From the NCBI GenBank assembly GCA_963749495.1, contig CAVVMW010000004.1:864183-928182 (forward strand): a stretch of 64,000 nt of DNA, read 5' to 3'. Origin of the DNA: an uncultured bacterium. GTDB taxonomy: Bacteria > Verrucomicrobiota > Verrucomicrobiia > Limisphaerales > UBA8199. The stretch's first letter is position 1. Every line of letters starts with the position of its first letter. Under the pieces are notes generated by a model. That model did not search any database. It was not told the DNA's origin and saw only the letters and a program-made list of their open reading frames with translations. Shown here piece after piece: positions 18,259 to 27,704 of the stretch. The translations under genes and the position numbers were made by a program.

Positions 18259-19221
18259 TTAGCGCGCCGGCACGGTCAGGGTCTGGCCGGGGCGGAGCCT
18301 GCGGGGGTTTACCCCGGGATTGGCGGCGGTCAGCACGTCCAGCCTCAGGCCATACTGCCTGGCGATGCCGGCCAGGGTCTCGTGCGGCTTGATGACGTGC
18401 ATGCGTGAGGGCGTGTTCCGGCCTGGGACCGTGCCGCCGGGGCCGGCGCGCCCGCCATCGGCGAGCGCGGTGACAGGTCCGCGATTGGTGGATGGGGCCT
18501 GGCGCGAGCCGGGGGCGCCGCCGCCGGCGGCTGCCGCGGCAGAGGCGCCGCCACCCGGCGGCGGCGCTGGGCGCGCCGCAAGGCCGGCCCCGCCCGTGGC
18601 CTGGGGGCCGCGCCCGGAGGCATTGGCCTCGCCCGAGGCGCGCTCCGCCTGGCCGGGCAACGAGGTCTCTGTTGCGGGAGCGGGCGTTGCGCGGGCGGGC
18701 GGATTGGTCTGGGAACGCTGCTGGGCGGCGAAGTAGGCGCGCCACCGGGCGTTTTCCTCGTTCAAGCGTTTGTTTTCCTCCGCCAGTCGTTTGCTGTCTT
18801 CGACCAGTTTTTCCAGGTCGCGTTGCTGCTTGTCGGTGAGCGGCCCCAGCGAGACGGTGCGGGCCAGTTCCTGTTTGGCGGACAGGATGCGCTGTCGGAC
18901 CGTCTCGGCCCTGGCCGAGTTGGGCTGCAGCTTGAGATAATGCTCGTAGTGATAGATGGCGGCGGCGGGGTCGGGCTTCTGCTGAGTGTAAAGGCAGCCC
19001 AGTTCGAAATGGGCGGAGGCAGATCTCGGGTTGACCGCAAGGGCCTTCTCGAAGGACGCGATAGCGGCGTCGGAATCCATGGTCTTGAGGTGGTTCTTGC
19101 CGGCCATGAAGTGCGGTTCCTTCTCCTCTTCCAGTTGGCTCTGGGGTGGCAGGCAGCCGCCCAGCACCAGTGCCAGGACCAGCCCCGACAGGCCCCGCAA
19201 CAACTTGACCGAAAACTTCAT
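18259..19221 (-). CDS. TPR + LysM lipoprotein
   Basis: Lipobox LGGC, TPR (FEKALAVNPRSASAHFELG), coiled coil, C-terminal LysM (HVIKPHETLAGIARQYG...LRPGQTLTVP). Confidence 0.88.
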   Translation of the reverse strand: MKFSVKLLRGLSGLVLALVLGGCLPPQSQLEEEKEPHFMAGKNHLKTMDSDAAIASFEKALAVNPRSASAHFELGCLYTQQKPDPAAAIYHYEHYLKLQPNSARAETVRQRILSAKQELARTVSLGPLTDKQQRDLEKLVEDSKRLAEENKRLNEENARWRAYFAAQQRSQTNPPARATPAPATETSLPGQAERASGEANASGRGPQATGGAGLAARPAPPPGGGASAAAAAGGGAPGSRQAPSTNRGPVTALADGGRAGPGGTVPGRNTPSRMHVIKPHETLAGIARQYGLRLDVLTAANPGVNPRRLRPGQTLTVPAR

Positions 19222-19276
19222 GGTTCGCAGACTATCCCGGATTCCGCCTGCCTGTCCAGCACCGCCGCTTGCGGCG

Positions 19277-19463
19277 GGACGCATCCCGACACTGCCCCCG
19301 TAGCGCAGACTTCCAAGTCTGCCGTATCGCGGGTTCCAAACCCGCAGACCGTCCGATTTCGAGCGCCCTGCCGACTTGGAAGTCGGCGATACGGCAGGTT
19401 TGGAAACCTGCGCTACAGGCTGGCGGACCCCGCCAAATGGGGGGCAGTGTCGGGATGCGCTCC
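19277..19463. repeat. Composite repeat: same outer arms enclosing REP family B (GTAGCGCAG...CTGCGCTAC)
   Basis: Arms at 19277-19299 and 19441-19463; inner element at 19300-19416. Confidence 0.85.
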
Positions 19464-19477
19464 TTGGGGCGGACCTC

Positions 19478-20296
19478 TCACCCACGCTCCGCGAATGGGT
19501 TGGACTGGGAGGCGGCCGGGGCAGGGCGGTGCCGCGGCAGGGACAGCGCGCCGGCCAGCACATAGATCCAGCCCAGCAGAATATGGCTTGCCCACACGAC
19601 AACCAACCCGATGAGGTCCAAGGCTCCCAGCCCGTAAACCAGGATAGCCAGCGTGACCAACAGCGCCCCCGGCATCAGCGCCGCCCCGCAAAGCCGCCAA
19701 CTGCCGCCCAGGCTCAACTCCCGGTTGGCCATGGACCCGGCCAGCCAGACCGGCAGACAATAGACCGTGCCCAAGAACGTCCAACTCAGCATCAAGCCGG
19801 CGCCGACTCCCAAGGCGATCAGGGCCAGGATTGCCGGCCGCCAGGCCCCCCACCATGGCTCCAGCCCCGTTCGATTGAACGCCGCCTGCCACCCCCGAGG
19901 ATACGGCGCGCGCAGCCAGCCGCCGAAGGAGATAACCTCGAAATCATTCCGGCCAAACTCGACCTGCAAGTGGGCTGGAGAACGGATGACGCCGGTGTGG
20001 TCCAGGTCAACCACCAGGGCCAGGAAATTGTTCTCCGCCAGCCTGGCTGGGGATTGGCCCGGCCAATCCAGTGTCCCGCCGTGGAGCGCCCCTTGCGCAG
20101 GCAGGCGCTGGATGGCTGCGCCCACCACGGGAGACCAGGCGCTCTGGACGAACCACACCACGGTCCCCGCCGCCAGCAGCGCCATGATCGATTGCACCAG
20201 CAGCAGACGCGCCACGCCGGCAGGGGCAAAGGCTGCCACCCCACGCCACGTCAGCGGTTGCCAGGCAATCAGCGGTTTGTCGGCCGGTTCATCCAT
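19478..20296 (-). CDS. Hypothetical integral membrane protein
   Basis: One N-terminal and three to four C-terminal hydrophobic helices. Confidence 0.75.
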   Translation of the reverse strand: MDEPADKPLIAWQPLTWRGVAAFAPAGVARLLLVQSIMALLAAGTVVWFVQSAWSPVVGAAIQRLPAQGALHGGTLDWPGQSPARLAENNFLALVVDLDHTGVIRSPAHLQVEFGRNDFEVISFGGWLRAPYPRGWQAAFNRTGLEPWWGAWRPAILALIALGVGAGLMLSWTFLGTVYCLPVWLAGSMANRELSLGGSWRLCGAALMPGALLVTLAILVYGLGALDLIGLVVVWASHILLGWIYVLAGALSLPRHRPAPAASQSNPFAERG

Positions 20297-20458
20297 ACGC
20301 GCGGGCGGCCATTATAGCCCCATGCCCCTGGCCTGTCCCCAACAGAATCATCGTTCTCTGGCTCTCCTGCCACAAATGATTTTGCCACAAATGATTTTGC
20401 GATTCTGTCCTTGCGGAATGATTCTGCTCGCCTCCGGCGCGGGGCGCTGGCATTTTGG

Positions 20459-22804
20459 ATGACCTTGAGAAATCTGATCTTGTTCAGACGATGGGTCCGG
20501 GCCGGGGCGCTGGCGGTCTTGGCGGCGGGGCTGGCGCGGCCCGCCTGGCCGGCCCCCGCCGGCCCGAACTGCTTCGGCTTCACCGGTCCGGAGATTTTTC
20601 CAATCGGCAGCCAGATCAGCCAGCTTCGCGTGGCCGACCTGGATGGGGACGGGCTCAACGACCTGGTGGTGGTCGACAACGCCCGTTCCAAGATCACGCT
20701 GCTCTACAACCAGACCGGCCGGACCAACCGGGCCGCCGGGGCCGAGCTGGGGCGCCAACGCGAACTCAACGAATTGCCCCCGGACTCCCGCTTCCGCATC
20801 CAGTCCATTGCCTCGGAGAAGCGGATTGCCTCGCTGGTCGTGGCGGACCTCAACGGCGATGGGCGGCCCGACCTGGCCTACTATGGGGAGCCCAAGGAAC
20901 TGGTCGTGCTCTACAACCTGGGCGCCGGCGGCTGGAGCGCGCCCAAGCGCTGGCCCATCGAAGACGGCCAGCTCTCGCCCAATGCCCTTTGCACGGGCGA
21001 CTTGAACGGCGACGGGCGCGAGGACCTGGTCTTGCTGGGGGAAACCTGCGTTTACTTTTTTCCTCAGAAGGCCGACCACACCCTGGGAGAACCCGAACGG
21101 ATTCCCTTTTCCGGCACCGTCCGTTCGGTGCAGGTCCTGGACGTCGATGGGGATGGCCGCAGCGACTTGCTCCTGGTGAATTGGGAAGACCGCTACCCGT
21201 TCCGGTTTCGGCTGCAAGGGGCCGATGGCCAACTCGGCCCGGAGATCTATTTCAGCTCGCCTCCCATTCGCTCCTATTGGGCCGACAACCTCGAGCCCAA
21301 GGGCAAAATGCAGGTCATCACCATCGCCCAAAACTCCGGCCGCGCCCAGGTCTCCGAATTCACCCGTGCTCCCGCCGAGGCCCTCGCCGGCGGTTTCCAG
21401 CAGGGCCAGTTCCAGGTCTTCCCGCTCAACCGGACCGACAAGGCCCGACGGGGATTGCTCTGGGCCGATGTCAACGGCGACGGCCGGCCCGACCTGCTCG
21501 TGGCGGAGCCGGAAAGCGGCCAGGTCTCCCTCTGTCTGCAGCAGCCGGACGGCTCGCTGGCCCCTCCCAAGACCTTTCCCACGCTGGCGGGAATCAGCGA
21601 CCTGGCCGTCGCCGATTGGCAAGGCGATGGCCGGCCCGAGATCTTCATGCTCAGCGAGGACGAACGCCAGGTGGGGGTCACGCGGCTGGACGACAAGGGG
21701 CGCCTGCCCTTCCCGAGACTCCTGCCGCTGGAGGGCAAGCCGCTGGTCCTGGCAGCGGGCCCGCTCCAGCCCGGCGCCAAACCCACCTTGGCCCTTATCC
21801 TCGACCAGGATGGCCGGCGCTCCCTGGTCACCCGCTCGGCCGATGGCAAAACCAGGACCCAAAAGCTCAGCGAAAACTTCAAGGCCAACCCGACGACCAT
21901 GGCCTTGCACGACGCGGACCAGGACGGCCTCATGGACCTGGTCATCCTAATCCCCTACGAGAAGATCAAGATCCTGCGCCAGGTGCCGGGCAAGGACTTC
22001 GAGGAACTGGATGTCGCCCCGCCCGGCGGCGTCATCGAGCAGCCCTGGCTGAGCGTGGCGGACATCGATGGCGACGGCAAGCCGGAGCTGCTGCTGACGC
22101 AGAAGAACTTCGTGCGCGCCGTGGTCCTCAAGCGCAACTCCGGCCCCGAAGAGGGCGCGGGCCAGGCCGGGTGGGTCTTGAGCGTGAAGGAGCAGATCAA
22201 CGGGGCGGCCGTCAACTCGCGCCTGGCGGGCGCCGCCGCTCTGCCCAACCCCACCAACGCGGTCCCCTCACTCTTCCTGCTCGATGCCGAGCGCAAGGCC
22301 CTCACCTTGTGCGAGCGCGACCCCGCCGGCGTCTGGCAGGCAGTCCGCAACGTGCCCCTTCCCGTCTCCGAGTTCAACGCCCTGCGGCCCATCGCCCTGG
22401 GCGGCACCAACCTCAACGCCCTCGCCTTCCTCGGCCTTAACGCCGTCGCCTGCCTCCCGCTCAGCGGCCAGGTCTGGCAACTCACCGAATTGGACGGCTA
22501 CGAAACCCCCATCAAAGACGGCCACCTCACCGATGTCATCTCCGGCGACCTGGACAACGACGGGCGCAAGGACCTGGTCTTCCTGGAGACGGCCCGCAAC
22601 TACCTGGACCTGGTCATCTTCGACGCGCACCATAAGCTCGTCCCGGCCAACCGCTGGCAGGTCTTCGAGGAGCGCACCTTCCGCGCCCGGCGTGGCGACC
22701 TCCCGGAACCACGCGAGGCCGTCATCGCCGATGTCACCGGCGACGGCAAGAACGACCTCATCGTCCTGGTCCACGACCGCATCCTGGTTTACCCACAGGA
22801 GTAA
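20459..22804 (+). CDS. Secreted FG-GAP/VCBS-repeat protein
   Basis: Signal peptide; many DxxGDGxxD repeats. Confidence 0.9.
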   Translation: MTLRNLILFRRWVRAGALAVLAAGLARPAWPAPAGPNCFGFTGPEIFPIGSQISQLRVADLDGDGLNDLVVVDNARSKITLLYNQTGRTNRAAGAELGRQRELNELPPDSRFRIQSIASEKRIASLVVADLNGDGRPDLAYYGEPKELVVLYNLGAGGWSAPKRWPIEDGQLSPNALCTGDLNGDGREDLVLLGETCVYFFPQKADHTLGEPERIPFSGTVRSVQVLDVDGDGRSDLLLVNWEDRYPFRFRLQGADGQLGPEIYFSSPPIRSYWADNLEPKGKMQVITIAQNSGRAQVSEFTRAPAEALAGGFQQGQFQVFPLNRTDKARRGLLWADVNGDGRPDLLVAEPESGQVSLCLQQPDGSLAPPKTFPTLAGISDLAVADWQGDGRPEIFMLSEDERQVGVTRLDDKGRLPFPRLLPLEGKPLVLAAGPLQPGAKPTLALILDQDGRRSLVTRSADGKTRTQKLSENFKANPTTMALHDADQDGLMDLVILIPYEKIKILRQVPGKDFEELDVAPPGGVIEQPWLSVADIDGDGKPELLLTQKNFVRAVVLKRNSGPEEGAGQAGWVLSVKEQINGAAVNSRLAGAAALPNPTNAVPSLFLLDAERKALTLCERDPAGVWQAVRNVPLPVSEFNALRPIALGGTNLNALAFLGLNAVACLPLSGQVWQLTELDGYETPIKDGHLTDVISGDLDNDGRKDLVFLETARNYLDLVIFDAHHKLVPANRWQVFEERTFRARRGDLPEPREAVIADVTGDGKNDLIVLVHDRILVYPQE

Positions 22805-22805
22805 G

Positions 22806-23172
22806 GAGGGGCGAGCGGCGAGGGACGAGGGGCGAGGGGTGGAGATCGATTCGGGCGCGAGTCAGCTTTTTTGGCAACCCATTCTCATCGGTCGCGGCTT
22901 GCCCCTCACCGGCCCTCTCCCCGTCTGACGGGGAGAGGGAGCAGCCAAGCCCGGTTTTCGCACGTTCCAACGCGCCGGGATTCGTCCTTAGACGGGCGGC
23001 GGTCCTCCCTCTCCCCATCCGATGGGGAGAGGGCCGGGGTGAGGGGAAACCCGGCGGCCATACCTCGAGCACGTTTCCAAAAACTGATTTGCGCCCGAAT
23101 CGATCTCCACCCCTCGACCCTCGACCCTCGGCCCTCGTCGCTGCCTCCTGGCCCCTCCGCCCTCGTCCCCCG
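22806..23172. repeat. Three-layer nested palindromic repeat between convergent genes
   Basis: Heptamer arms enclose ~35-bp inverted arms (22839-22874 / 23077-23110), which enclose a CCCCTCACC...GGTGAGGGG REP (22902-23046). Confidence 0.85.
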
Positions 23173-23181
23173 CGTCTAACC

Positions 23182-23988
23182 CTAGAGCTTTCTCACCCAG
23201 ATATTCCTGAACCTCACCGGGCAGTGGTGCCCGCCCAGGGCCAGCGGGCCGGTGCCGCTCTTGTGCTTGTACTCCGGCACGATCCGGTGGCCTGTCTCGC
23301 CACGGATCTCCTGGTCGAGCTGCACCAGGACGCCGTTTTGAATCACCGTCACCCGTGCCGGCGCCTCGAGCTTGTCCCCGGCGAACTTCGGCGCGATGAA
23401 AACGATGTCGTAGGTCTGCCACTGGCCCGGCGGACGGGTCGGGTTGACCAGCGGCGGCGTCTGGCCATAGACCGCCCCGCAGGCCCCGTCGGGGTAGATC
23501 TTCTCATTGTAGGAATCGAAGATCTGGATTTCAAAGAGGCCCATCAGCATCACGCCGTTGTTGCCCTGGTTGTACCAGGGACCTTCGAAGTTGGCCGGGC
23601 CCATCCATTCGAGGTGCAACTGGATGCTCCCGAAGCGGTCCGTGGTCGCGAAGTGGCTGTCGCCCGAGACCAGGCAGCCGTCCTCCACCTTCCAGTCGCC
23701 CAGCGCTTCCCATTTCGACGCGTCCTGGCCGTCGAAAAGCACGATGGCGTCCGAAGGCCGCGGCGCCGGCGGACCCGCCTGGCCGGGGTCCACCTTCCGG
23801 GGATTGGGCCGGTCCGGGTCGTGGACCAGCCACTGGCACCACGGCAGCTTTGGCGTGTCCTTGTACCCATAGACTCCGGAACCGTCTTTGGCGTGAACCA
23901 GGTCCGCCGCCCGCGCGCCCACAGGCCAAAGCACCGCCGCACACGCCAGGCAGGAAAACAGGGAAAACACCGCTCGCATCGATTTCAT
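23182..23988 (-). CDS. DUF1080 (3-keto-disaccharide hydrolase-like) secreted protein
   Basis: AIVLFDG, QLHLEW, GNNGV, EIQIFDS, GQWQTYDI and VRFRNIWVRKL motifs. Confidence 0.92.
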   Translation of the reverse strand: MKSMRAVFSLFSCLACAAVLWPVGARAADLVHAKDGSGVYGYKDTPKLPWCQWLVHDPDRPNPRKVDPGQAGPPAPRPSDAIVLFDGQDASKWEALGDWKVEDGCLVSGDSHFATTDRFGSIQLHLEWMGPANFEGPWYNQGNNGVMLMGLFEIQIFDSYNEKIYPDGACGAVYGQTPPLVNPTRPPGQWQTYDIVFIAPKFAGDKLEAPARVTVIQNGVLVQLDQEIRGETGHRIVPEYKHKSGTGPLALGGHHCPVRFRNIWVRKL

Positions 23989-24082
23989 GGCCGACTCATA
24001 GGGAAAATGGGCGGGGCTGTCAATCACTTGCCCATCCCTACTGTAAGTCCTCACTGAAGGCGTGAGCAGCGCCGCGGGCAGG

Positions 24083-24228
24083 CCCCTCACCCCAACCCTC
24101 TCCCCATCGGATGGGGAGAGGGAGAATTCTCCATCGCGGCTAGAGGAACCAGAGACGCCCAGAAGTTCAAGAGGCTGCCGACGCTCCGCCCTCTCCCCTT
24201 CGGAAGGGGAGAGGGTTGGGGTGAGGGG
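24083..24228. repeat. REP-like CCCCTCACCCCAACCCTCTCCCC family palindrome
   Basis: Same family as 22902-23046. Confidence 0.85.
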
Positions 24229-24271
24229 TTCGCCCGGCACTTTGTCTCCGCCTTCACCGATTACCCCCTAA

Positions 24272-24724
24272 TCACAACGCCCCCAGCCGGTCCGCCATGC
24301 GGCTCACGGCCGAGTAGTAGTCCCGGACTTCCAGGCCCAAGGCGGCGGCGCCGAAGGCCTCCGCGTCCTGGGCCGAGGCGAAGACGCCATAATTGACGCT
24401 GACCAGTTGATAGAGCACCAGGAGCGGGACCTGGTCCAGGTCGGCCTGGAACCGGGGATGGACGTACATGATGAAACCGTCCTCGGGGCGGCTTCCCCTG
24501 GGAAGCGGGCAGGCAAACTCACCGGGCAGCAGCGGCCCGGCGTCGAAGACGATGCGGCATGGGTAGCGAACGCAGGCGCGGTCGTCGAGCAGGGTCAACA
24601 ATTCCTTCCAGCCGATGCGCGGGCCGTAGCGGAGGCGGATGTCGAGCCCCTTTTCCGCGGCGTGGGCCCGCAGCGATTGGCGGCCGTCTTGGGCGGTGAG
24701 GGGTTGTCCGGGATGCGCGGCCAT
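24272..24724 (-). CDS. Conserved hypothetical protein (150 aa)
   Basis: MAAHPGQPLTAQDGRQSLRAHAAEKG...YQLVSVNYG; coding-like bias; last gene of the respiratory operon. Confidence 0.75.
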   Translation of the reverse strand: MAAHPGQPLTAQDGRQSLRAHAAEKGLDIRLRYGPRIGWKELLTLLDDRACVRYPCRIVFDAGPLLPGEFACPLPRGSRPEDGFIMYVHPRFQADLDQVPLLVLYQLVSVNYGVFASAQDAEAFGAAALGLEVRDYYSAVSRMADRLGAL

Positions 24725-24755
24725 GGCTCGGGCGGTTGGACCGGCTGCGGAGCGG

Positions 24756-26030
24756 TCAGGACTTGAGCGCCGCGTTGGCCGGCGGGAGGCACAGCTTCCA
24801 GCCGCTCTGGCCTTCGTTGGCCTTGGCAAGCCGCCCCTGGAGGATGGGCACGGCCATTCGCAGGAAGACGGTGTAGCAGAGCAACCCAAAGGCCCAGATG
24901 CCGAAGCACACCAGGGTCTCGTTGAGGGAGGGCCTATACTCGACCATCTCGCCCAGCGGCGTGGGGATGAAGCCCGGGATGACCAGGCCCATGCCCTTCT
25001 CGATCCAGATGCCAACGATGCACAGGACGCAGGTGAGGTTGAGCCAGCGCAGGCTGCGGCTGACCGGCAGCACCAACAGCACCATGGCCAGGAGGTTGAA
25101 GCCGATGGCGGTCCAAATCCACGGGACCAGGGCGTGCCGGCCGTCCAAGCCCAGGTAGAGGTATCTGGAGGAGGCCACGTGCAGGTTGCCGGAATAGAAT
25201 TCCTTGAAGACCTCGTTGGCGAGCAGGAAGACGTTGATGAGCATCGAGACCTGGACGATGCTGCGGAGGGTGAGCAAGGCCCGATCCGTAATCCGGTAGT
25301 CGGTCACGCGACGGATGAGTTGCAGGGCCAGGATGATGAGGGCTGGCCCGGCGGTGAACGCGGAGGCCAGGAACCGCGGGCCGACGATCGCCGAGTTCCA
25401 GAAGGGCCGCCCGCCCAAGCCGACATAGAGAAAGGCGGTGACCGTGTGGATGGACACCGCCCAGACGATGGCGACGAACACGAAGGGGATGTAGAACCAC
25501 TTGGCGGGTTTGCGTCCATGGTAGCGCGAGTAGAGCAAATAGCCGCAGATGTGGAGGTTGAGCAGGAGGTAACCGTTGAGCACGATGACGTCCCAGCTCA
25601 GCATCGAGGCCGGGAAATTGAATTGGCCGATGCCCGGCACCAGGTGCCAGAACCGATCGGGCCGGCCCAGGTCCACGGTGACAAAGGCCAGGCACATCAG
25701 GATGGCGGCCACGGCCAGCAATTCGCCGAAGATGACCAGGTCGTGCAGGTCCTCGTTGTTATAGACATAGACCGGGATGACCATCATGACCGCGGCGGCG
25801 GCCACGCCGACCAGGAAGGTGAAGTTGGCGATGTAAACCCCCCAGGAGACCTCGTCGCTCATCCCCGTCACCACCAGGCCGTGCGCCAACTGGCGCGCGT
25901 AGGCATTGAGCCCCAGCAGGCAGAACACGCTCAACACCCCCATCCACGCATAATATCGCCAGTCTCCCACGAAGGCGATGCGCGCGCAGCGCCCGAGAAA
26001 CACCAGGTAGTTTCTGATCGCCCGGGTCAT
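24756..26030 (-). CDS. NrfD/PsrC-family membrane anchor (DsrP-like)
   Basis: TGMSDEVSWGVYIANFTFLVGVAAAA, DLGRPDRFW and WIEKGMG motifs; ATGA overlap. Confidence 0.9.
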   Translation of the reverse strand: MTRAIRNYLVFLGRCARIAFVGDWRYYAWMGVLSVFCLLGLNAYARQLAHGLVVTGMSDEVSWGVYIANFTFLVGVAAAAVMMVIPVYVYNNEDLHDLVIFGELLAVAAILMCLAFVTVDLGRPDRFWHLVPGIGQFNFPASMLSWDVIVLNGYLLLNLHICGYLLYSRYHGRKPAKWFYIPFVFVAIVWAVSIHTVTAFLYVGLGGRPFWNSAIVGPRFLASAFTAGPALIILALQLIRRVTDYRITDRALLTLRSIVQVSMLINVFLLANEVFKEFYSGNLHVASSRYLYLGLDGRHALVPWIWTAIGFNLLAMVLLVLPVSRSLRWLNLTCVLCIVGIWIEKGMGLVIPGFIPTPLGEMVEYRPSLNETLVCFGIWAFGLLCYTVFLRMAVPILQGRLAKANEGQSGWKLCLPPANAALKS

Positions 26031-26980
26031 ACGTCGAAGTAGTAGAAGAACCGCGGGGAGGTGCCCAATTCCTCCTTCAATTGGATGAAGACCCGCTTGG
26101 TGCGCAGGATATAGGCGACTTCGCTGGCCGGGTCGAGCACGTTGCCGAATTTGCGCGCGCCCACGGGGCAGACCTCGACGCAGGCGGGATAGCGGCCCGC
26201 CCGGGTGCGCTGGAGGCAGAAGTGGCATTTCTCCATGACGCCGCGGTGGCGGGGCCGGTTGCCCAGGTAGGCCATGTCGAGGTTGAGGCGGTCCTTGGGG
26301 ATGGACGGCTTGGCGAAATTAAAGCGCCGCGCCCAATAGGGGCAGGCCGCCTCGCAATAGCGGCAGCCGATGCACCAATCGTAATCGATGACCGTCACCC
26401 CGTCGGTTTCCTGCCAGGTGGCGTGCACAGGACAGACTTTGACACAGGGCGGGTACTTGCACTGCTGGCATTGCACCGGCATGTAAAAGTAGCCCTCTTC
26501 CGGGACCGACTCGGGGTGGTAGTGGTGCTCGGCCTTCTCGAGGTCCAGCGAACCGTGGGGCAGGCGCAGGACGCGGATGTATTGGATTTCCGGGGTGCGG
26601 GACTGGTTGTTTTCCGCCACGCAGGCGTGGACGCACTTGCGGCACCCGATGCACCGCGTGAGGTTTAAGGCATAGACGAACTGGACGCCGTTCAAGGGCT
26701 TGAGGTCTTTCACGTGCGGTCGCAGGCCGTATTGCTTCTGGACCTCGTCTTCGATGCGCTTGAGGACTTTGCCCATCTCGTCCGGCGTCAGCTCCTTGTA
26801 GTACTTCTGCAGGAATTGCTCGGCGGAGGGGAAGTCGTCGTAGTGACGGAGCGGCGCCAGGCTGGCCGCCAGCGCGGCCAGGCCGGAGGCAAAGACGGCT
26901 GAGCCGCGGAGAAAGCTGCGCCGGCTCATCCCGGCGCCCTGGCCGGCGGCTGGGTTGGTTTCGGGCTGTGGAGCAGTCAT
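26027..26980 (-). CDS. Tat-exported 4Fe-4S dicluster protein (NrfC/DsrO-like)
   Basis: SRRSFL; CIGCRKCVHAC, CQQCKYPPCVKVCP, CIGCRYCEAACP and CHFC...ACVEVCP. Confidence 0.92.
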   Translation of the reverse strand: MTAPQPETNPAAGQGAGMSRRSFLRGSAVFASGLAALAASLAPLRHYDDFPSAEQFLQKYYKELTPDEMGKVLKRIEDEVQKQYGLRPHVKDLKPLNGVQFVYALNLTRCIGCRKCVHACVAENNQSRTPEIQYIRVLRLPHGSLDLEKAEHHYHPESVPEEGYFYMPVQCQQCKYPPCVKVCPVHATWQETDGVTVIDYDWCIGCRYCEAACPYWARRFNFAKPSIPKDRLNLDMAYLGNRPRHRGVMEKCHFCLQRTRAGRYPACVEVCPVGARKFGNVLDPASEVAYILRTKRVFIQLKEELGTSPRFFYYFDV

Positions 26981-26983
26981 GGC

Positions 26984-27700
26984 TTAGTGCTGGGCAACCG
27001 CCGCGGTCATGCCCGCCGGGCGCAACGGGTGAGGCCCCGGCAGCGGTGTTCGAGGCGGTATTTTCGGGCTGTGCGGGTTGTGGCAGTCCACACAGATCTG
27101 GCGCTTGGGCGCGCCCGCGTCCAGTTTCCAGTAGCCGCCGGTGCGCCCGTGCGCCCCGGCCTCCCAATCCCGGTAGGTGGGGCCGTGGCAACTGCCGCAC
27201 AACGACGGGCTGTCCTGGAATTTCAACTGGCGTCCATCTCGAGTTTGGAACAGGACGAGGTTTTGCTCGTCGTGGCAATTGAAACAGTTGTTGTTCCGGT
27301 TGTGGCGCCCGTGGGCCATCACGATGTCGCTATGCTCCTTGGGCACGACGATGTTGTGGTCGGCGTCGAAACGGAGTGTCGGCGGCTTGTTCGTCTCATG
27401 GCACCCATAACAATCGAAGTCGGAGAGATCCGCCTGCGCCTGGGCCAACTGGACGTAGGAGGTGCGAATGGTCGCGGGCGCAATCAACTCCGGCTCCACC
27501 AGGGCCAGGGGGCGCAGGGCCTGGGGTTCAACCCAATGCCGCCCGTAAAAGTAGTGGGCCAGGACCAGCAAGATGACCGCGAGGGTCAACAGCACGGCGG
27601 AAACCCGGGTCTGGGCGCTGCTATCCGCTGGATCGGGCTTGCTTGGACTTGGGGGTTGCACGTTCAAGGTTCCAACCGGCCGGTTCGGCCGGCCGGCCAT
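26984..27700 (-). CDS. Membrane-anchored tetraheme cytochrome c
   Basis: CYGCH, CFNCH, CGSCH and CVDCH; N-terminal TM. Confidence 0.9.
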   Translation of the reverse strand: MAGRPNRPVGTLNVQPPSPSKPDPADSSAQTRVSAVLLTLAVILLVLAHYFYGRHWVEPQALRPLALVEPELIAPATIRTSYVQLAQAQADLSDFDCYGCHETNKPPTLRFDADHNIVVPKEHSDIVMAHGRHNRNNNCFNCHDEQNLVLFQTRDGRQLKFQDSPSLCGSCHGPTYRDWEAGAHGRTGGYWKLDAGAPKRQICVDCHNPHSPKIPPRTPLPGPHPLRPAGMTAAVAQH

Positions 27701-27704
27701 TGCA

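Noticed and set aside
24756..26980. DsrO/DsrP-like pair as evidence for sulfate reduction
   Set aside because: There is no dsrAB, dsrC or dsrMK in the window, and NrfD-family proteins serve many pathways.
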